A stretch of 7,276 bases of DNA from a virus (lineage: Duplodnaviria; Heunggongvirae; Uroviricota; Caudoviricetes). The first letter of the stretch is position 1, and the number at the start of each line of letters is the position of its first letter. Of the stretch, positions 6,777-7,276 are shown in pieces. The position numbers and the translations under genes were made by a program. The notes under the pieces were generated by a model. That model was not told the origin of the DNA. It saw nothing but the letters and a program-made list of their open reading frames with translations, and made no database searches. The stretch lies in the IMG/VR virus record IMGVR_UViG_2671181114_000014, one strand, 5' to 3'.

Positions 6777-6862
6777 ATGACCTGCCACTGGCAGATGGTC
6801 ATCCTGTGATTTGATTCCGCTTCCGGCTTTTTAACTCTGTTCCTCTACACGGGAGAAATTCG

Positions 6863-7276
6863 ATGTCGATTAAACATTACGATGTTGTCAGGGCGGCGTC
6901 GCCGTCAGACCNNNNNNNNNNNNNNNNNNNNNNNNNNNNNNNNNNNNNNNNNNNNNNNNNNNNNNNNNNNNNNNNNNNNNNNNNNNNNNNNNNNNNNNNN
7001 NNNNNNNNNNNNNNNNNNNNNNNNNNNNNNNNNNNNNNNNNNNNNNNNNNNNNNNNNNNACCTGAGCAAAGGGCAGTACGGCTGTGTCGGTCAGGGTTTA
7101 CATATTGCCAAAAAACTGCTCCCGTATATCCCGAATAACGCGGGGATCCTGCTGGTACCATGCTGTCGTGGTGGTTCGGCATTTACCCAGGGCGCGGAGG
7201 GGACATTCAGCGAGTCCACGGGGGCCAGTCAGGATTCGGCACGCTGGGGGGTGCCCCTATTAAGTTGTCAAGCATG
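6863..7276 (+). CDS. nanS: Prophage sialate O-acetylesterase NanS-p-like protein (5' part; interrupted by gap; continues past window end)
   Basis: ATG 6863 preceded by SD GGGAGA; N-terminus MSIKHYDVVRAASPSD. After the N-run, a frame with no stops reads LSKGQYGCVGQGLHIAKKLLPYIPNNAGILLVPCCRGGSAFTQGAEGTFSESTGASQDSARWG, which resembles E. coli NanS/YjhS as I recall it. The frame differs across the gap, so the gap length is not real. Confidence 0.6.
6912..7059. other. Assembly gap / masked bases (148 N)
   Basis: Continuous run of n characters; the track ORFs translated through it (poly-X) are artefacts. Confidence 0.95.

Noticed and set aside
6448-6809. Track ORFs 6448-6654 (-), 6599-6802 (-) and 6621-6809 (+)
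   Set aside because: They cross promoter-like, hairpin and terminator elements, use a TTG start or have none, and include an oligo-His tail that merely mirrors the GTGATG repeat. More likely non-coding regulatory DNA.
6863-7182. Track ORFs 6863-7138 (+) and 6877-7182 (-) containing poly-X
   Set aside because: Artefacts of translating through the N-run.
1-7276. CRISPR arrays, IS elements or integrase/att sites
   Set aside because: No spaced direct repeats, no terminal inverted repeats flanking a transposase-like ORF, and no integrase-like ORF in the window.

Overview
This window reads as the early-right (nin) to late-control region of a lambdoid prophage of an enterobacterium (E. coli-like), interrupted by low-GC accessory DNA. 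From left to right: the 3' end of an upstream gene, a Ren homolog with no identifiable start codon, a tR2-like terminator, then a tightly coupled operon of ninB, a Dam-like N6-adenine methyltransferase (in the position of lambda ninC/ninD), ninE, ninF, ninG and ninI (no ninH). A lambda-type Q gene is cut off after about 20 codons at an abrupt switch to AT-rich DNA. That AT-rich island carries, on the minus strand, an outer-membrane lipid A deacylase of the LpxR family, followed on the plus strand by a second, intact antiterminator-like gene (probably type-2 Q). Downstream are a strong intrinsic terminator, a 239-252 aa multi-pass membrane protein of unknown function sitting where Stx phages carry stx, a leader-like region with a second strong terminator, and the 5' part of a NanS-p-like sialate O-acetylesterase gene broken by a 148-nt run of N. 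The unknown membrane protein is the best candidate for an undescribed function. All calls rest on reading the sequence and on remembered protein families; no database search was run.
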